DNA of 64,000 nucleotides from assembly GCF_009914755.1 (NCBI RefSeq), contig NC_060942.1; one strand, 5' to 3'. The position numbers and the translations under genes are program-made. Below are positions 40,800-54,068 of this stretch, piece after piece (the stretch's first letter is position 1; every line of letters starts with the position of its first letter). The notes under the pieces were generated by a model. That model ran no database searches, was not told where the DNA came from, and saw nothing but the letters and a program-made list of their open reading frames with translations. The DNA comes from the human T2T-CHM13v2.0 reference genome, Homo sapiens.

Positions 40800-41430
40800 G
40801 CCATTGATGATCATTGCCTTGGTTCATTAATTCATTAGGAGTTGCAGAATGGTCTAGGTCTATCAGTCACTTACTGTCATCACCTAAAAGTGACCAAGGT
40901 AGTTATAATTATTGTTGTCATCATCAGCATTGTCGTCATCAGCTTGTGTGTTTGAACACATTTGATGTGTTTCAGTCCATTGCGCTTAATATCTTTATTG
41001 CTGCTCATGTCTTCCCCAGCCTTCCAGTGGGGCTTACTCTGCATGGGTGACTCCTGTCCTGGTCCATTTCAGGGAGCTTCTTTGCTTTCTGGTGTGATGA
41101 CATATTCTAGGTGTATATTTTCCATTTTCTACTTCAGACCTAGAATTGGCCATTTTTCCAGGGAATCCTGGTTGTTTTTCTGTGGGAAATGGCCATTAGA
41201 ACTTACAATCTGAACATAGAGATGCTCATTACTACTTTATTTATTTTATTGTTTATTGTTTTTGGATCTTCTCATTGGAGAGAGCTAAGATATCTTGGTA
41301 TGCACACATACACACATTTAAAGACAAACTGTGCCCTGAGTGCATACTGACAATTCCTATGCAAATTCAAAACTGTAGGGATTTTAACCTCCTTTATCTT
41401 ACATCTTTATCCTCTTTCAACTATGTTTTC
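40800..41430 (-). mobile_element. Old L1 (L1MC4/5-like) 3' fragment
   Basis: cattgatgatcattgcct...agacctagaattggccatttttccagggaatcctgg. Confidence 0.55.
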
Positions 41431-43369
41431 AGAAGAGTTGTATATTTTAAGGCATATTGACTAAGGAAAAGTGACGTTATTAACCAGCCGTGTGAATGAC
41501 TAGCCTGGCCTTTTAGATCATGTTTGAGAGGTAGCACAAGCACTGCCACTCTCCCCATACTAGAGTGCTATAAATACAGTTTAAAAGTGAACTGGCTTGA
41601 GACCTAGTTTTGCAAAGGTTTGAACCTTTAAATATATGAAAAAATGTTCGTCAGTGTTGGGCTCCTTAGTTTGATTTGGCCAAGTTAACCCAGTTAACAG
41701 TTGGGATATTTGATTTTAAGACCACAGAACTTCTAGTTTTGCTGGCATTTCTAGTTACTGCATTTATTAGGTATATTCTATATTATTTGGATTAACTTCT
41801 AGATAAAATTTAAATACAGGTTTATTAAATGATGTTATTCAGCTATTATGAATATATCACAAAATGAACTATGTCTAAATAGCAAAATGAAGCTCTAAAT
41901 TTCCATAATCAAATTCTTCTTGAATATACCAATAATAATAGGATATAACTTTGGATATCTGTATGTTATTTTGGCTATCTGTATATTCATTAGCCAACTT
42001 AACGTGTGCTTGTCAATATATATTGCTAGCATATGATGATACAAGTCAGAATTTTTAGTTTTAGTACAGTACTCCAAATTGATAAATATTTGGGTTAACT
42101 TGGTTGTGGTCTAGAAATCAAAGGTCAACACTATGTTAATTATTAAAATCAAACTTATGGGCTATATAAAGGTAGATTCTTCTTTGAGATGTTCGATTAA
42201 TACAGGATTTAGCTTGCATAAGATATTTCAAACAAAATTACTCCAGGCCCTGCTGATGTTATTAGTGATGTCGGTGGTAAGAATTTCAATCAATATCTCA
42301 CAAATGGGCACATTTGAAAGTTGGATAATACAGACTATTTTCACTATTGAAGAAATGAAAGTGCCGTTTAATCCCCACCTGTATGTCTGAGGAAGGGGGA
42401 CTGGCTCAGAGCTCCCTGCCTGATGCCTGCGTACTCAGAGCAGCTCCAAAATGCCTGAGATTGATTAATTTGCTGCAAGTGCTGCTAACTTCCCAGACCT
42501 CAATTTCTTTCAATCATTGCTCTGATTATTGCAAAACTATTTCTGAAAGACTTAATATGTATCTTTTGCTGGTAAATTACTGCTCATTTAGAAGTCCTAG
42601 AGTTAGTCCATTGCATAGAGAAGGTTGTAAGTCTAATTTAAATAACTATCAGTACTTTTTTCTAGCCTGCTCAAATTGAAATACATGCACATTTGAAGAT
42701 ACTCTTGCTTTTATAAAGAGCTGTATTTAACCCGGTCAGATATCTCCTCTCAGGCATCATCATTATGGTTATTTCACTAAGTGGACAAAAGATGGGTCAG
42801 TGATTTATTTAACAACCCAGGACATTCGGTCACTGTGCTTTGCATGGTGTCTGAGGTTTTTGTTCCCAACAACTGTGTCCTAGGCTGTCTCTCCCAGTGA
42901 ACTCTCATATGGTAAAGAACAGTGCGATGCCCATCCTTCATCATTTTTTATGGTCCTTCTGTCACGCTATTAAGAATGTAGAGTGCCAGTGCTTGACGGG
43001 GCTGCCTGTTTCTTATTCTGAAAATGGGGCAAAATGTGGCTGACAATTTTGCTGTGTCCACCTGATGTATATTTTCACAATTTTGTTTTGCTGTGGGTTT
43101 CTAGATGCTCAGTGGTACCTGAGGTTCTGAACACACTGACCTCTCCAGGTGTCACTGTCATGGGGAAAGGACGGTAGGGGCAGACTCTCATGCCTGTCTG
43201 CACCTGACTTGCAGCAAAGGAATTGGGGCTGGCCATCACTCCCCACACTTCACTGTTTAATTCCAGCCTAGGGAATGGAATCTGGGGACCAAAAGACATC
43301 TTAAAATCAATTTAGTCACTTGTTCAATGCCTGAATCACTTTTAATATCACCACCAGTCCTCCCTAGGA

Positions 43370-43760
43370 TGTACAAGGCATGGTTTATATGTTAAAGTTA
43401 GAGCAATAAAAACCAGGCAAGGATCCCTGCCTTCATGGGACTTGTATTCTAGTAGGGGAGATAGAGAGCAACTATGGTAAGTAAGAGAATTATGCAGCAT
43501 GTTAGGAAGGGGTCAGTGGCACTCATAAAGGAACAGCTAGGTGGTGCCAAGTAGGAGCATGTTTCAGTTTGGAATTTAGGCGTCAGGTTAGGCCTCAGTG
43601 AAGTATTTGAGCAGTCCCTGGAAGGAGATGGAGTTGGCTCTGGGGGATGGGTGGGAAGCATTCTAGGAGGAGGAAGAGGTCTCAAGGAAGGAGGAAGCCT
43701 GGTCTGGAAAGAACAGCCAGGAGTCCACATGGTGGGGCTGAGTCAGCCGGCACAGTGGTG
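43370..43760 (+). mobile_element. L2 fragment
   Basis: ccctgccttcatgggacttgtattctagtagggg...ggcctcagtgaagtatttgagcag...cattctagg. Confidence 0.65.
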
Positions 43761-43859
43761 CGGCCATGGCACAGTGGGACTGGGAGTGCCTGAGGATGGG
43801 AGGACTGGGTGTGTGCCTTCTCGGTGGTCGTTCTTAGTACCTTAGCCTGTACTCCAAAA

Positions 43860-44160
43860 TCTATAATCAGAAAGTTTCCATATCTAATTTGGTAGCAAAA
43901 CCTCCCCATTTTTGTAATTCATTTGGTGACCAAACCTGACCTGAATGGATGTGAAGCTATTTAGGGTTTCTGTTTTTTCCTCCTTAAAGTCAATATTCCT
44001 AGGTTTGGATGCAGAAATGTCAAAACCTAGGAATTATGGGGTGCTGTCTCAGACTTTCCTTGGGGTGTCAAAGAATATGCAGTGCAGATGCCTTTATGAA
44101 ATAAAATAAAAAATCTGAATTCTGAACCACATTTTACTGCGAGGATTTCAAATAAGTAAG
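43860..44160 (+). mobile_element. hAT MITE (MER96B-like)
   Basis: aaacctgacctgaa...; ends aatctgaattctgaaccacat...ggatttcaaataag. Confidence 0.45.
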
Positions 44161-45029
44161 TACTGGTGACTTTTACTAGTATCCTGTGGCCCAGACATTC
44201 ACATCCCATTCCTGTTTTACGTGCCTGTCCTTTTCATGCTGGAAGATGGTTGTCCTCTCCCCCTCATTCTCAGCCAGCTGCGTTAATGACTAGCCTGGTC
44301 TCCAGCTCCTCCCCTTCTTCAGTTCCCTAACTGTGGGCCAGGGGATTTATTCACTGTCTAGCCCACAGTCCTCTGAACAAGTCTGCTTCTCTTATGCTCT
44401 GCCGAAAGCCTGAGGCTCCAAATGGAATGCTGTGTGCTGGGACAGGGACAAGAGGGACCATCTCTCCAGATACTTCATTAATACAACTGAAAATTGAATT
44501 AGGATTTTAGACAAAAACCTGCTCCACAATTGTTATGTATGTTTTAATGATGAAGATGATGCTAAATCAGAACTCTATCCACTTAACAAAGTCTGATTTT
44601 ACAGGGAAGCATCAGATGCACATTTATTTTTATTGATGTTTATCTTGTTTTAATTTATTGTTTGGCTTTGTAGATATCTTTTTCCATCCCTTTTTGTTAA
44701 TTTATGTGCTCATATATTGTCACCTGTTCATTTGAGAAGCACATCTATGACTATCAAAGGCAGGAATAAACTTGTTGGGAGAAGTCAGGGATGAGGAAAT
44801 AGCCTTGTGCCAAGGCACCAGAAACAGACGTCAGCGTTGGTGCCAACGAGCAGCTGCGACTCTGGTCGCTTGCATGTTTCTAGTCCACCTGATCTTCCTG
44901 GCAGTTAGCCCATCTTGTTCTCCTTGTGTCCACAGAGCTATCATAGGAGACATTGTCTGGTGCTTTGCCAGTGACTCTGAACACTGTGCTTCCTCATTTC
45001 CTCATGCTCCAAGAAATATGGTTCGACAC

Positions 45030-45903
<874 letters not shown>

Positions 45904-46659
45904 AACACTAACAAAGTGGAGGGTGAGGTCTCTCTCCTCCCTTCTCCTCCCCACCCAGTACTTTGAGGACATCCCCTCATTTCTCCTCCATTAGTCCCAA
46001 AGTGCATTTGCTGCCTTACGCGTGTCTTCTCAGAATGGGGCTGATAGAGAGCCTGATGTTGCTCTTGCACCTGACACATTTTTTGCTTTAAGAACCAAGG
46101 AGGGGTCTCTGAATGTGTGCATGTCAGGATTTCAAAGGAAACTAATAACGTCATTGAAGGCTTGTATCTTTTTCCCTCGTGGATCACATCTTTCTGCGTG
46201 TTGGGTCATTTGGCCTTTCGTTTCTGTGCCTCTCCCCATCCTTGCCCTGCCTGGTCCTTTCTTCCCCATGCTTCCTCTCCTGTTGCCTCACCCAGCTTTC
46301 CCCACTCCTTTCTGATTTTCTGTCTTCACACTGTCATTCCCCCGCTCTTCTCCAGTGTAGACGGCATGTTTTCCTGTTTCTTTCTTCTGTTTTGTTATCC
46401 CACTGCCCCTGTGGCTCTTCTGTCTCTTCATGCCTTCCTGGTCTGGCCTCTGCTCATTTCATTCATCTTATGGGGTGCCTCCATGGTTGCTGTCTTTGGG
46501 CTGCTATTCTAGCTCATGATTCCAAAGTGGGGTACTCTACTTCGGTGACCCAACATGACCTTAAAGACTTGCTTATGCACCTCTGACAAATCAAGATGCA
46601 CGACCCCTGGACACCTTCAAAAAGCCACAGGGCTTTTAGTTTCTCAGATGATCACCACA

Positions 46660-47101
46660 TTGGCATCCTATTGCTGCTGTAACAAATTCGAACCTCGTGG
46701 CTTCATCATCTTACTGTTTTGCAGGTCAGAAGCCCTAAAAGAAGGTGACGGCAGGGTTGGTTCCTCCCAAAAGCTCTGGGAAGAATCTGGTCCTTGCCTT
46801 TTCCAGATTCTAGAAACCTCCCTCATATTTTGCCTCGTGATCCCCTCCTCACACTTCAGAGCCCGTCGGCACAACCTCTGCTTCTGTTATCTTTCCTTCA
46901 CATTGACCCTTCTGCCTTCCTCATAAATAGAACCTTGTGATTACGTTTGGCCAACCCAGATAATCCAGTCTATCTTTCCATCTCTAGACCCTTATTTTAA
47001 TCATACCTGCAAACTCCTTTTTGCCATGTAAGGTAACATAGTCCCAGATTCTGGGGACTGGGATGTAGACATCTTTGGAGGCCCTTATTCTGCCTACCAC
47101 A
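46660..47101 (-). mobile_element. MLT1 (B/C-like) MaLR LTR
   Basis: cctattgctgctgtaacaaat...ttgccatgtaaggtaacata...ttattctgcctaccaca. Confidence 0.8.
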
Positions 47102-47754
47102 GTCATGATGAGTTGGGGCAATGTTGCTGACTGACGACACACAGAACCTCTAAAACATTCTTTTACTTTCCCTGTTCGTCTCCATTGTAAATAGGGATTC
47201 TTTGTCTAGGGTTTGGGGTTTAAGCCTGTTAATTTAGTAGAACCTCATTTTTCTCTTCTACCCCTGGAAGATTTTTTTCCACTGAGGCTGTGATTCCTAG
47301 AGTCAGCCAGTATTTCTTGAGTTCTATTTATTGTGCACCTGGGTACACAAAATGAGTAAGATACGACCCTGGACCTTATGGACTGCTAGAGGAGAAAGAT
47401 GTTACTGCAGTAGAGTACATGTTGTGTTGATTTCATTTTCTAGATATCTTTAGGTTCCGTCCCTTTGTTTCTGTCTTCTCTCATTGTGTCATTTGTTACT
47501 ATGATTTCTGAAAACAATTTACCCAGTTTCCCTTGACATCAGTTGGACTCACACCGTATCTCCTCCAGTCCATTACTGTACACACAGAGGTGTTTGTGTT
47601 ACCTCTTTGCCTAAGGTCCTTCCATTCCCAGCATCAGAATACACTGAAATCTTTAACATGTCATACTTCTTGTTGCAGTCTGTATTGTGCTTTTCCTTCT
47701 AGCCTTTTTACCTGCCATACCAAGAAGCACTTCTGTTCTTGCCATATGGGATAA

Positions 47755-47863
47755 GTTATACTTCCCTTAGAGTTCCCCTAGAGTTCTCCTATACTTTCCC
47801 TATAGTTTTTTTATAGTTCTCCTAAAGTTCCCCCATAGCTACCCTATATTTCCCCTATAGTTC
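47755..47863. repeat. Degenerate ~11-12 bp minisatellite (TTCCCCTATAG-like units)
   Basis: About nine imperfect tandem units, read directly. Confidence 0.75.
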
Positions 47864-48011
47864 TGTGCTCTCTCTTGGCTCCTGACTCTGAAGAGCTTCT
47901 CTTATTCACTAGACTTTTCCTCTTTATTCCCTGCCTAAGAAACTTCTGTGCATCCTGAAGCCTGGGCTTAAGCAGTGCTTCCTAGAAAGCTTGCACTGAC
48001 AACATCTCCAG

Positions 48012-48764
48012 GACTATAGTTTGAATATTTGTCCCCTCCAAAACTCATGTTGAAATATTAATCACCAGTATTAAATCAGTATTTAATCTCCAGTGTCATT
48101 ATTGAGAGGTGGGGCCTTTAAGAGGTGATTGGGTCATCATAGGAGAGCCCTCATTAATGGATTAATACATGTGTGGATTAGTGGATTAATGGGTTATCAT
48201 GGGAGAGGGACCAGTGGCTTTATGAGAAGAGGAGAGACTTGAACTAGCACACTCAGCCCCCTCACCATGTGATGCCCTATGCTGCCTCAGGAATCTGCAG
48301 AGTCCCGGCCGGGCGTGGTGGCTCACGCCTGTAATCCCAGCACTTTGGGAGGCTGAGGCGGGCAGATCATGAGGTCAGGAGATTGAGACCATCCTGGTGA
48401 ACACGGTGAAACCCCATCTCTACTAAAAATACAAAAAAAAAAAAAAAAATTATCCAGGCATGGTGGCGGGCACGTGTAGTCCCAGCTATTTGGGAGGCAG
48501 AGGCAGGGAGAATGGCGTGAACCCGGGAGGCAGAGCTTGCAGTGAGCAGAGATGGCGCCACTGCACTCCAGCCTGGGCAGCCAAGTGAGACTCCATCTCA
48601 AAAAAAAAAAGAGAATATGCAGAGTCCCCACCAGCAAGAAGGCCCTCACCAGATGAGGCCATTTGACCTGGGCTTCTTAGCCTCCATTACTGAAAGAAAT
48701 AAATTTCTTCATAAATTTTAGTTTCAGATATTCTGTTATAAGCAACAGAAAACAGACTAAGACA
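48012..48764 (+). mobile_element. MST (MSTC/D-like) MaLR LTR interrupted by AluY
   Basis: ctatagtttgaatatttgtcccctccaaaactcatgttgaaat ... gttataagcaacagaaaacagactaagaca. Confidence 0.85.
48307..48612 (+). mobile_element. AluY
   Basis: TSD gaat(c/a)tgcagagtccc at 48291-48306 and 48613-48628. Confidence 0.95.
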
Positions 48765-51263
48765 TCCAGTCAGGTCTTCTCCTCTGTGCTATGGGAGGCA
48801 GTTCATTGCTCTGTATTGTAATTATTGCCTTGTCTGTTTTTTTTTCTAGCCAGACAATAAGCTCAATTAGGTAAATGATGGTTCTTTTAATTTTATGCTC
48901 TCTTATATGATATAGTGTGTGCCCCATAAAAGACTGTCACTGAATATTGGTTGAACGAATGCCTGAATCCATGCACACATGAATGGTTTAATACAAAATG
49001 GCCTGCAGATTTGAGTAAGATGTGTGATTTGCTATTCCTGTGTAGATTCTAAGCTAAAACGATTGCTGCTTGGTTTCTCCTCCCTATGTACTATTTCTCT
49101 TGAAGCTGAAGCTGACTTTTCATGTGATTAAGTACAGGAGTTAAAAATTTATTAAAGGCTCATTCCTGAGCATTCATATGACTCACTAGAGTCACGCAGG
49201 GCTCCTAGTCCGAGGCTGTTTATTTTATAGGGCCCATCTGTGGCATGAAGACAGTGCTACTGTGAGTCATACTCCTCTCAGCATATGCATAAATCCAAAA
49301 AGGAGGGTTTCTTTTACTTGAGTGCCCTCAGTATAGCCTTGAATAGTTGTGAGGGGTCAGTAAGTGCAAACTTGAAATTGTTTTTGAATAAACATTCTTT
49401 TGATAGATGCTTCTGTTTGGAAAAATATTAGGAGATTATTACAAAAGGATATTATTACAGGATTCATGCCGCAAGTAAATAGATAAATAAATGGATAGAT
49501 AGCCCTAAGGCCTCTTTGGTTGTTGTTAGCAAACAAATACTTACAGATATGCAATCTGCCTTTATGGCTTAATTTCTTTTCCCTTCAAAAACCAGAGATG
49601 TGGTTCTTTTTCAGTTTGGAAAGAAGACTAGGGAGTAGTATGTCTAAGATTATCCTTAGGGCTAGAATTTGCTTATTTCCTGGGGTGGGGTGAGAATCAG
49701 AGACTGAATATCTATGGAAAGCAGAGAGGAACCTTTCTCCTGTTGTATTATTAATGCTAAATTTGGTTTTGTTTCATTTTTTAACTTCTTGATGCTGTCT
49801 ATGAGAACAAATTTAGGGCATTTAGTGAAAAAAACACACACAGACTTATGTGGGACTTTATTTTCTGACTTACGGCATTGTGTGGTATAAACAAGACTGT
49901 TTTACAGATAATACTAAAGATAATGTTGATGGAACTGTTCTTCCCCACTCGTGATGTTTCCTTCCAAGTGGCAGGAACTGTACTATTGCAGCACTCCTGT
50001 CTGCTTTCTCACTGCCCAAGCTGAAGCTGCCTGGGAGGAAGGGCTGAGCATGCCTAGCCCAGCCCCTTCTTTGGGGAGCTGACTGCCTATGGGAACCCTC
50101 TCCCTCCATCCTGTGAGTTTTACAGCAGCACTGAACATATGGGAGGCCTTGTGGTTTTCTAGGGTGGCCTGGGACTGGGTTAGTGAGTCTGTTTATTCTG
50201 TGCTTCAGGATTAGCAAGCCCATTGTTCCTGCACTCTTAAGTCATATTCCTCAGTCTCAGGTTTATCAGTAATAAAGGTGGTACTTTGATAGCCGCTCTG
50301 CCTTTCTCCTTGAATTCATCACTCAGGTGTTCCGGCGCTTGGGCGGGGCTGCATGGTGGAATTGTTATGGCTGTGTCCTTGCGTATGCCTGTGGGTTCTC
50401 CCAGCAGCCCTGACAGTGGGTGGTATCATCTCCTCTTTACAGATTAGGAAGTGAGGCTCTATGAAGGTTAACCACTCTGGATGATCACTATAGGTTTGGC
50501 ATACTGGTCAGGCTAACTCCCAAACTTGTGTCCCTTAGGTGATTCGGCCAATGAAAATATCACAGATAAAAGCTTTTAAAGGACTTTGCATAGTATAAAT
50601 CACTGGGTAATACAGATGAGTTTGATTCCTTTGTAGGCTAGCATTTTCATAGCTATGAATGTAAACATTTTAATATAGCCTGCAAGTCCCTGAGCACACA
50701 GGTGCTTGCCCACCTCCCTAGCTCCACTGGCTGCCTTAACTTCATCCAAAGCCTTCATCTCTTTCTCACCATCTTGAGCTTCCTGTAGCGTTTCCTATAA
50801 CTAGAATGCTCTTCCCCTCTCACCCTTCCCCTTTGCCTGGTTAGCTTCTGTTTACCCTTCAGATCTCAACTCACATGTCACTTCCTCAGACTAGCCTCCC
50901 ACAGCCACTATATCTGCAGTTTGTCTGCAATGGGGTTTCTGCTAGCCAGCTCATCTTTCCTAAACCACCCTGGCCATCGTTTCTGATTATGTATTCACTC
51001 TAAACCTATACACCCCAAACAACTGCAGGCCCATAAGCCCAGCCACCACTTTTCTTTTGGGTACCATTGTGATCATGCTATCTTGACATAGTGATAGCTC
51101 CTGGTTGGGATGCCAAGAGTGGTTGCTGAGTGAATAACGGACATAGTGCTTGGGCATTACGCTTGGCATAATGATCATGTATTAGCCTTGAGGTCTTTGT
51201 CCATTGTTTTTTACTAATACTTATAAATAACATGTTAAAGATAGCCTCTTTCCTGATTATAAA

Positions 51264-51264
<1 letters not shown>

Positions 51265-51308
<44 letters not shown>
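51265..51308. repeat. (CA)n microsatellite, ~21-22 units
   Basis: Read directly; followed by a (TA)/(TG)/(GA) compound tract at 51383-51480. Confidence 0.95.
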
Positions 51309-51311
<3 letters not shown>

Positions 51312-52311
51312 TTCCGCTTTCAGGGCTAGATATTTGTCCATATTCGTATTTGTCTATGGGGGACTGTTGGTGTGAGAAACTTTATATATATGTGTGTGTA
51401 TATATATTATATATAGAGAGAGAGAGAAAGAGAGAGAGAAGAGAGAGCACAAGAGCAAGAGCACATACAAGAGAGAGAACTAAAATCTCTAACCTGCTTT
51501 TGAGACTTTAAATCTCTAACCTGCTTTTGAAGCCACGAGGTTTGAGGCTTTAAACTATTGGAAGCATAGAATGGATTTCCAAGTGTGCATAACTAAAAGG
51601 GTTACTTAATATATGGGGATAATAAAAGACCATATATGGGGATAATAAAAGACCAAACTGCCCCAGCTGTGGAACTTTGTTTATGTGGTCCTGGGGATAT
51701 GGGATGTAGAGAGGAACCTCTCTTGTTACGTATGAATGTCATTTAATAGTTACTAGGCACCTAATTCTGTTTGGTTTTGTATATCCAGGAAGAACGTCAA
51801 AAGGGTTGAACTATTCTTTTAGTCCTGTTCAATAGGGAGTACTCTAAAACCTAACTTATAGTTGAATGTTATTCTTAATACAGTGTTTATTACTTCATTT
51901 ATAAAATGAGGTCAGTAATAGGATAGTGGGTGAGCTACTTTTATTTCCTAGTCAAGCATACAAATAAGAGAAAGTGCTATAAGACCAAATGTGGATAGTT
52001 TGAAAACAAGGTAACAAGTTTTCTGTATTTTTACTCCCCTGTTGCACTAATTAACATAATATTTTGAAGAGGCAAAAACAAAAAATGTCTTCACACTTAA
52101 TTTTGCATCGCTCAGTCTTTAAGGTGTTGATCATGGCAGAATTTTAGTTTCCTGCTCAGCTATTCTCCTGGTACAACTGCCCATGGGTAATAAGCAACTG
52201 CACCAAGGTCTGCATGAAAACAGCATGGATAATATACCATTGGGTGTCTGACTGTTTTGCTCTGACAGCTTATATTGCTTCTTTTTGTCCTCCCCACCCC
52301 ACTTGATACAG

Positions 52312-52486
52312 GGCATTGATGTGCGAGATGCTCCTCTGAAGGAAATCAAGGTGACCAGCTCCCGACGCTTCATTGCTTCATTTAATGTTGTGAATACCAC
52401 CAAACGAGATGCTGGAAAGTACCGCTGCATGATTCGCACTGAAGGAGGTGTTGGAATATCAAACTATGCAGAGTTGGTAGTTAAAG
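52312..52486 (+). CDS. PTPRM: PTPRM coding exon (probably exon 6), C-terminal half of Ig domain: GIDVRDAPLKEIKVTSSRRFIASFNVVNTTKRDAGKYRCMIRTEGGVGISNYAELVVK
   Basis: cag acceptor 52309-52311, donor AAG|gtattt; 175 bp, phase 0 to 1; Ig D-x-G-x-Y-x-C motif (DAGKYRC) and an NTT glycosylation sequon. Confidence 0.97.
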
Positions 52487-53286
52487 GTATTTAATGTGTT
52501 TTTATACCAGAATATTCTTCTAAAGTAGATATGTTAGGTGTTGTTAGTTCATTATCCCTTTAAAGCTCAAACTTACCCTTGTCTGTTTCTGAGCAGTGGT
52601 TTGATGACAGGCTATTTTGATGGATTGCATTTTAAGTACAAATTTTGCACGTGAACAATATTTTTGAAAAATGTGTTTTATCTATGTTGATTTAGTTGCA
52701 CAAAAAACAATGAATGTGCTCTTGGCAAAGTCTTCTGCCAACTCTATATACAGAGATTACAACTTATAAATTTTTTTTAAGGAATAAAATTTTTTACTGA
52801 TGAAAAATCACTTAAAATGCAAATATTCATCAGCCAGCGTGTTTATGATAGCAGAGTGGTTAATAAAATGAAGCAGTGTCAGTATAAACATGCTCAGTCA
52901 TATCACACAAGCCATATTGATAATTCTGTGTTAACATTCATAATGTTCCAGTTAGGTTCTATTACTATATTTTGCATGACTGAAAAATTGAGTCATTATA
53001 TTTAAGAAGGTGGGGGATGAGGGAAAATAGAAAGGGGAAATAAGTTTCCTTTAGCCGGTTTAATGGGTTTTTTGTAGGCTGAGGAATTTATAGCATTAAG
53101 CCACCAAGACAATTTTTGGTCCCAGACAGGATAATTTGGACTTTGAGGTGTACCATGAGGCATTTTTAGACAACCTGTGGCAAGCCATTGCTGTTTTTCC
53201 TAGGAGAACAGAATGAGGACTGCTTTAAGAAAAGTTTTCCCTGCATTTGTTAAATATGGCACATAAAATTGATCTCTCTACATATA

Positions 53287-53545
53287 TAATCCCAGCACTT
53301 TGAGAAGCTGAGGCCAGAAGTTCCAGACCAGCCTGGGCAACATATTGAGACTCCACCTCTACAAAAATTTGTAAAAATAAAAAAAGCTAGCCAGGTGTGG
53401 TGGCAGTGCCTATACTCCCAGCTAGTCAGGAGGCTGAGGTGGGAGGATTACCTGAGTCCAGGAGTTCTAGGCTGCAGTGAGCTATGATTGTGCCCCTGCA
53501 TTCCAGCCAACCTGGACAGAGTGAGACCCTGTGTCTTAGACAAAA
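53287..53545 (+). mobile_element. AluJ, 5'-truncated with left-arm deletion
   Basis: taatcccagcactttg...ggctgcagtgagctatgattgtgcc...gtgagaccctg. Confidence 0.9.
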
Positions 53546-53599
53546 ATTGTCTGTTTCTTATGTGGTATAAAAGCAATAGCTTTTATCTGCACATTTCTC

Positions 53600-53815
53600 A
53601 AGATAGGCAGCTTTAAAGATTGCTGGATTCAAATCCCAGAACTAGGTATGTGGCTATGGGCCAGTGGCTTGCCCTGTATGTGCTGCTGTTTCCTTGTGTG
53701 TAAGGTAGATATCAGATAATAATGTTATCTACCTTACAGGGCCATGAGGAAGATCAAATGCAAAGTGTATATTATATATAGGACACTTAGTATACATAGT
53801 GAGCAATGGGTGCTT
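53600..53815 (+). mobile_element. MIR fragment
   Basis: ggattcaaatcccag...tgtgtggctatgggccagtggctt...tctaccttacagggccatgaggaagatcaaatg. Confidence 0.65.
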
Positions 53816-53874
53816 GAAAGGCCCTTGGTGGGAAGGGAGAGGAGGACAGGGATAAACTTCTCTCTGGTCCAGTC

Positions 53875-54068
53875 TGTCAGTGGTCTTCACTGGGGAATGG
53901 ATGTCTGAACTACCTTTCTGACTTTTTAAAAATATAAATACCTGCCCACCTATTGTCTCCTCCCTGTCTGGCCACACCCATATTGAGTCAGAATATCCAG
54001 GGACACAGCCTCTGTTATAAAACCTCCAATGAGTCAGCCATATGCTCTGTTGTGAGATCACCACTGCC
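53875..54068 (-). mobile_element. MER5-type fragment
   Basis: cagtggtcttca...tgagtcagaatatccaggg...tgagatcaccactg. Confidence 0.5.

Noticed and set aside
38980-40838. Dense cluster of 100-171 aa ORFs on both strands
   Set aside because: They lie in a GC-rich MER52 LTR where stop codons are rare; they overlap in all frames and show no recognisable domains.
46117-46586. Hydrophobic 131-135 aa ORFs resembling a membrane protein
   Set aside because: Caused by a pyrimidine-rich low-complexity strand (Phe/Leu/Ser/Pro codons) open in several frames.
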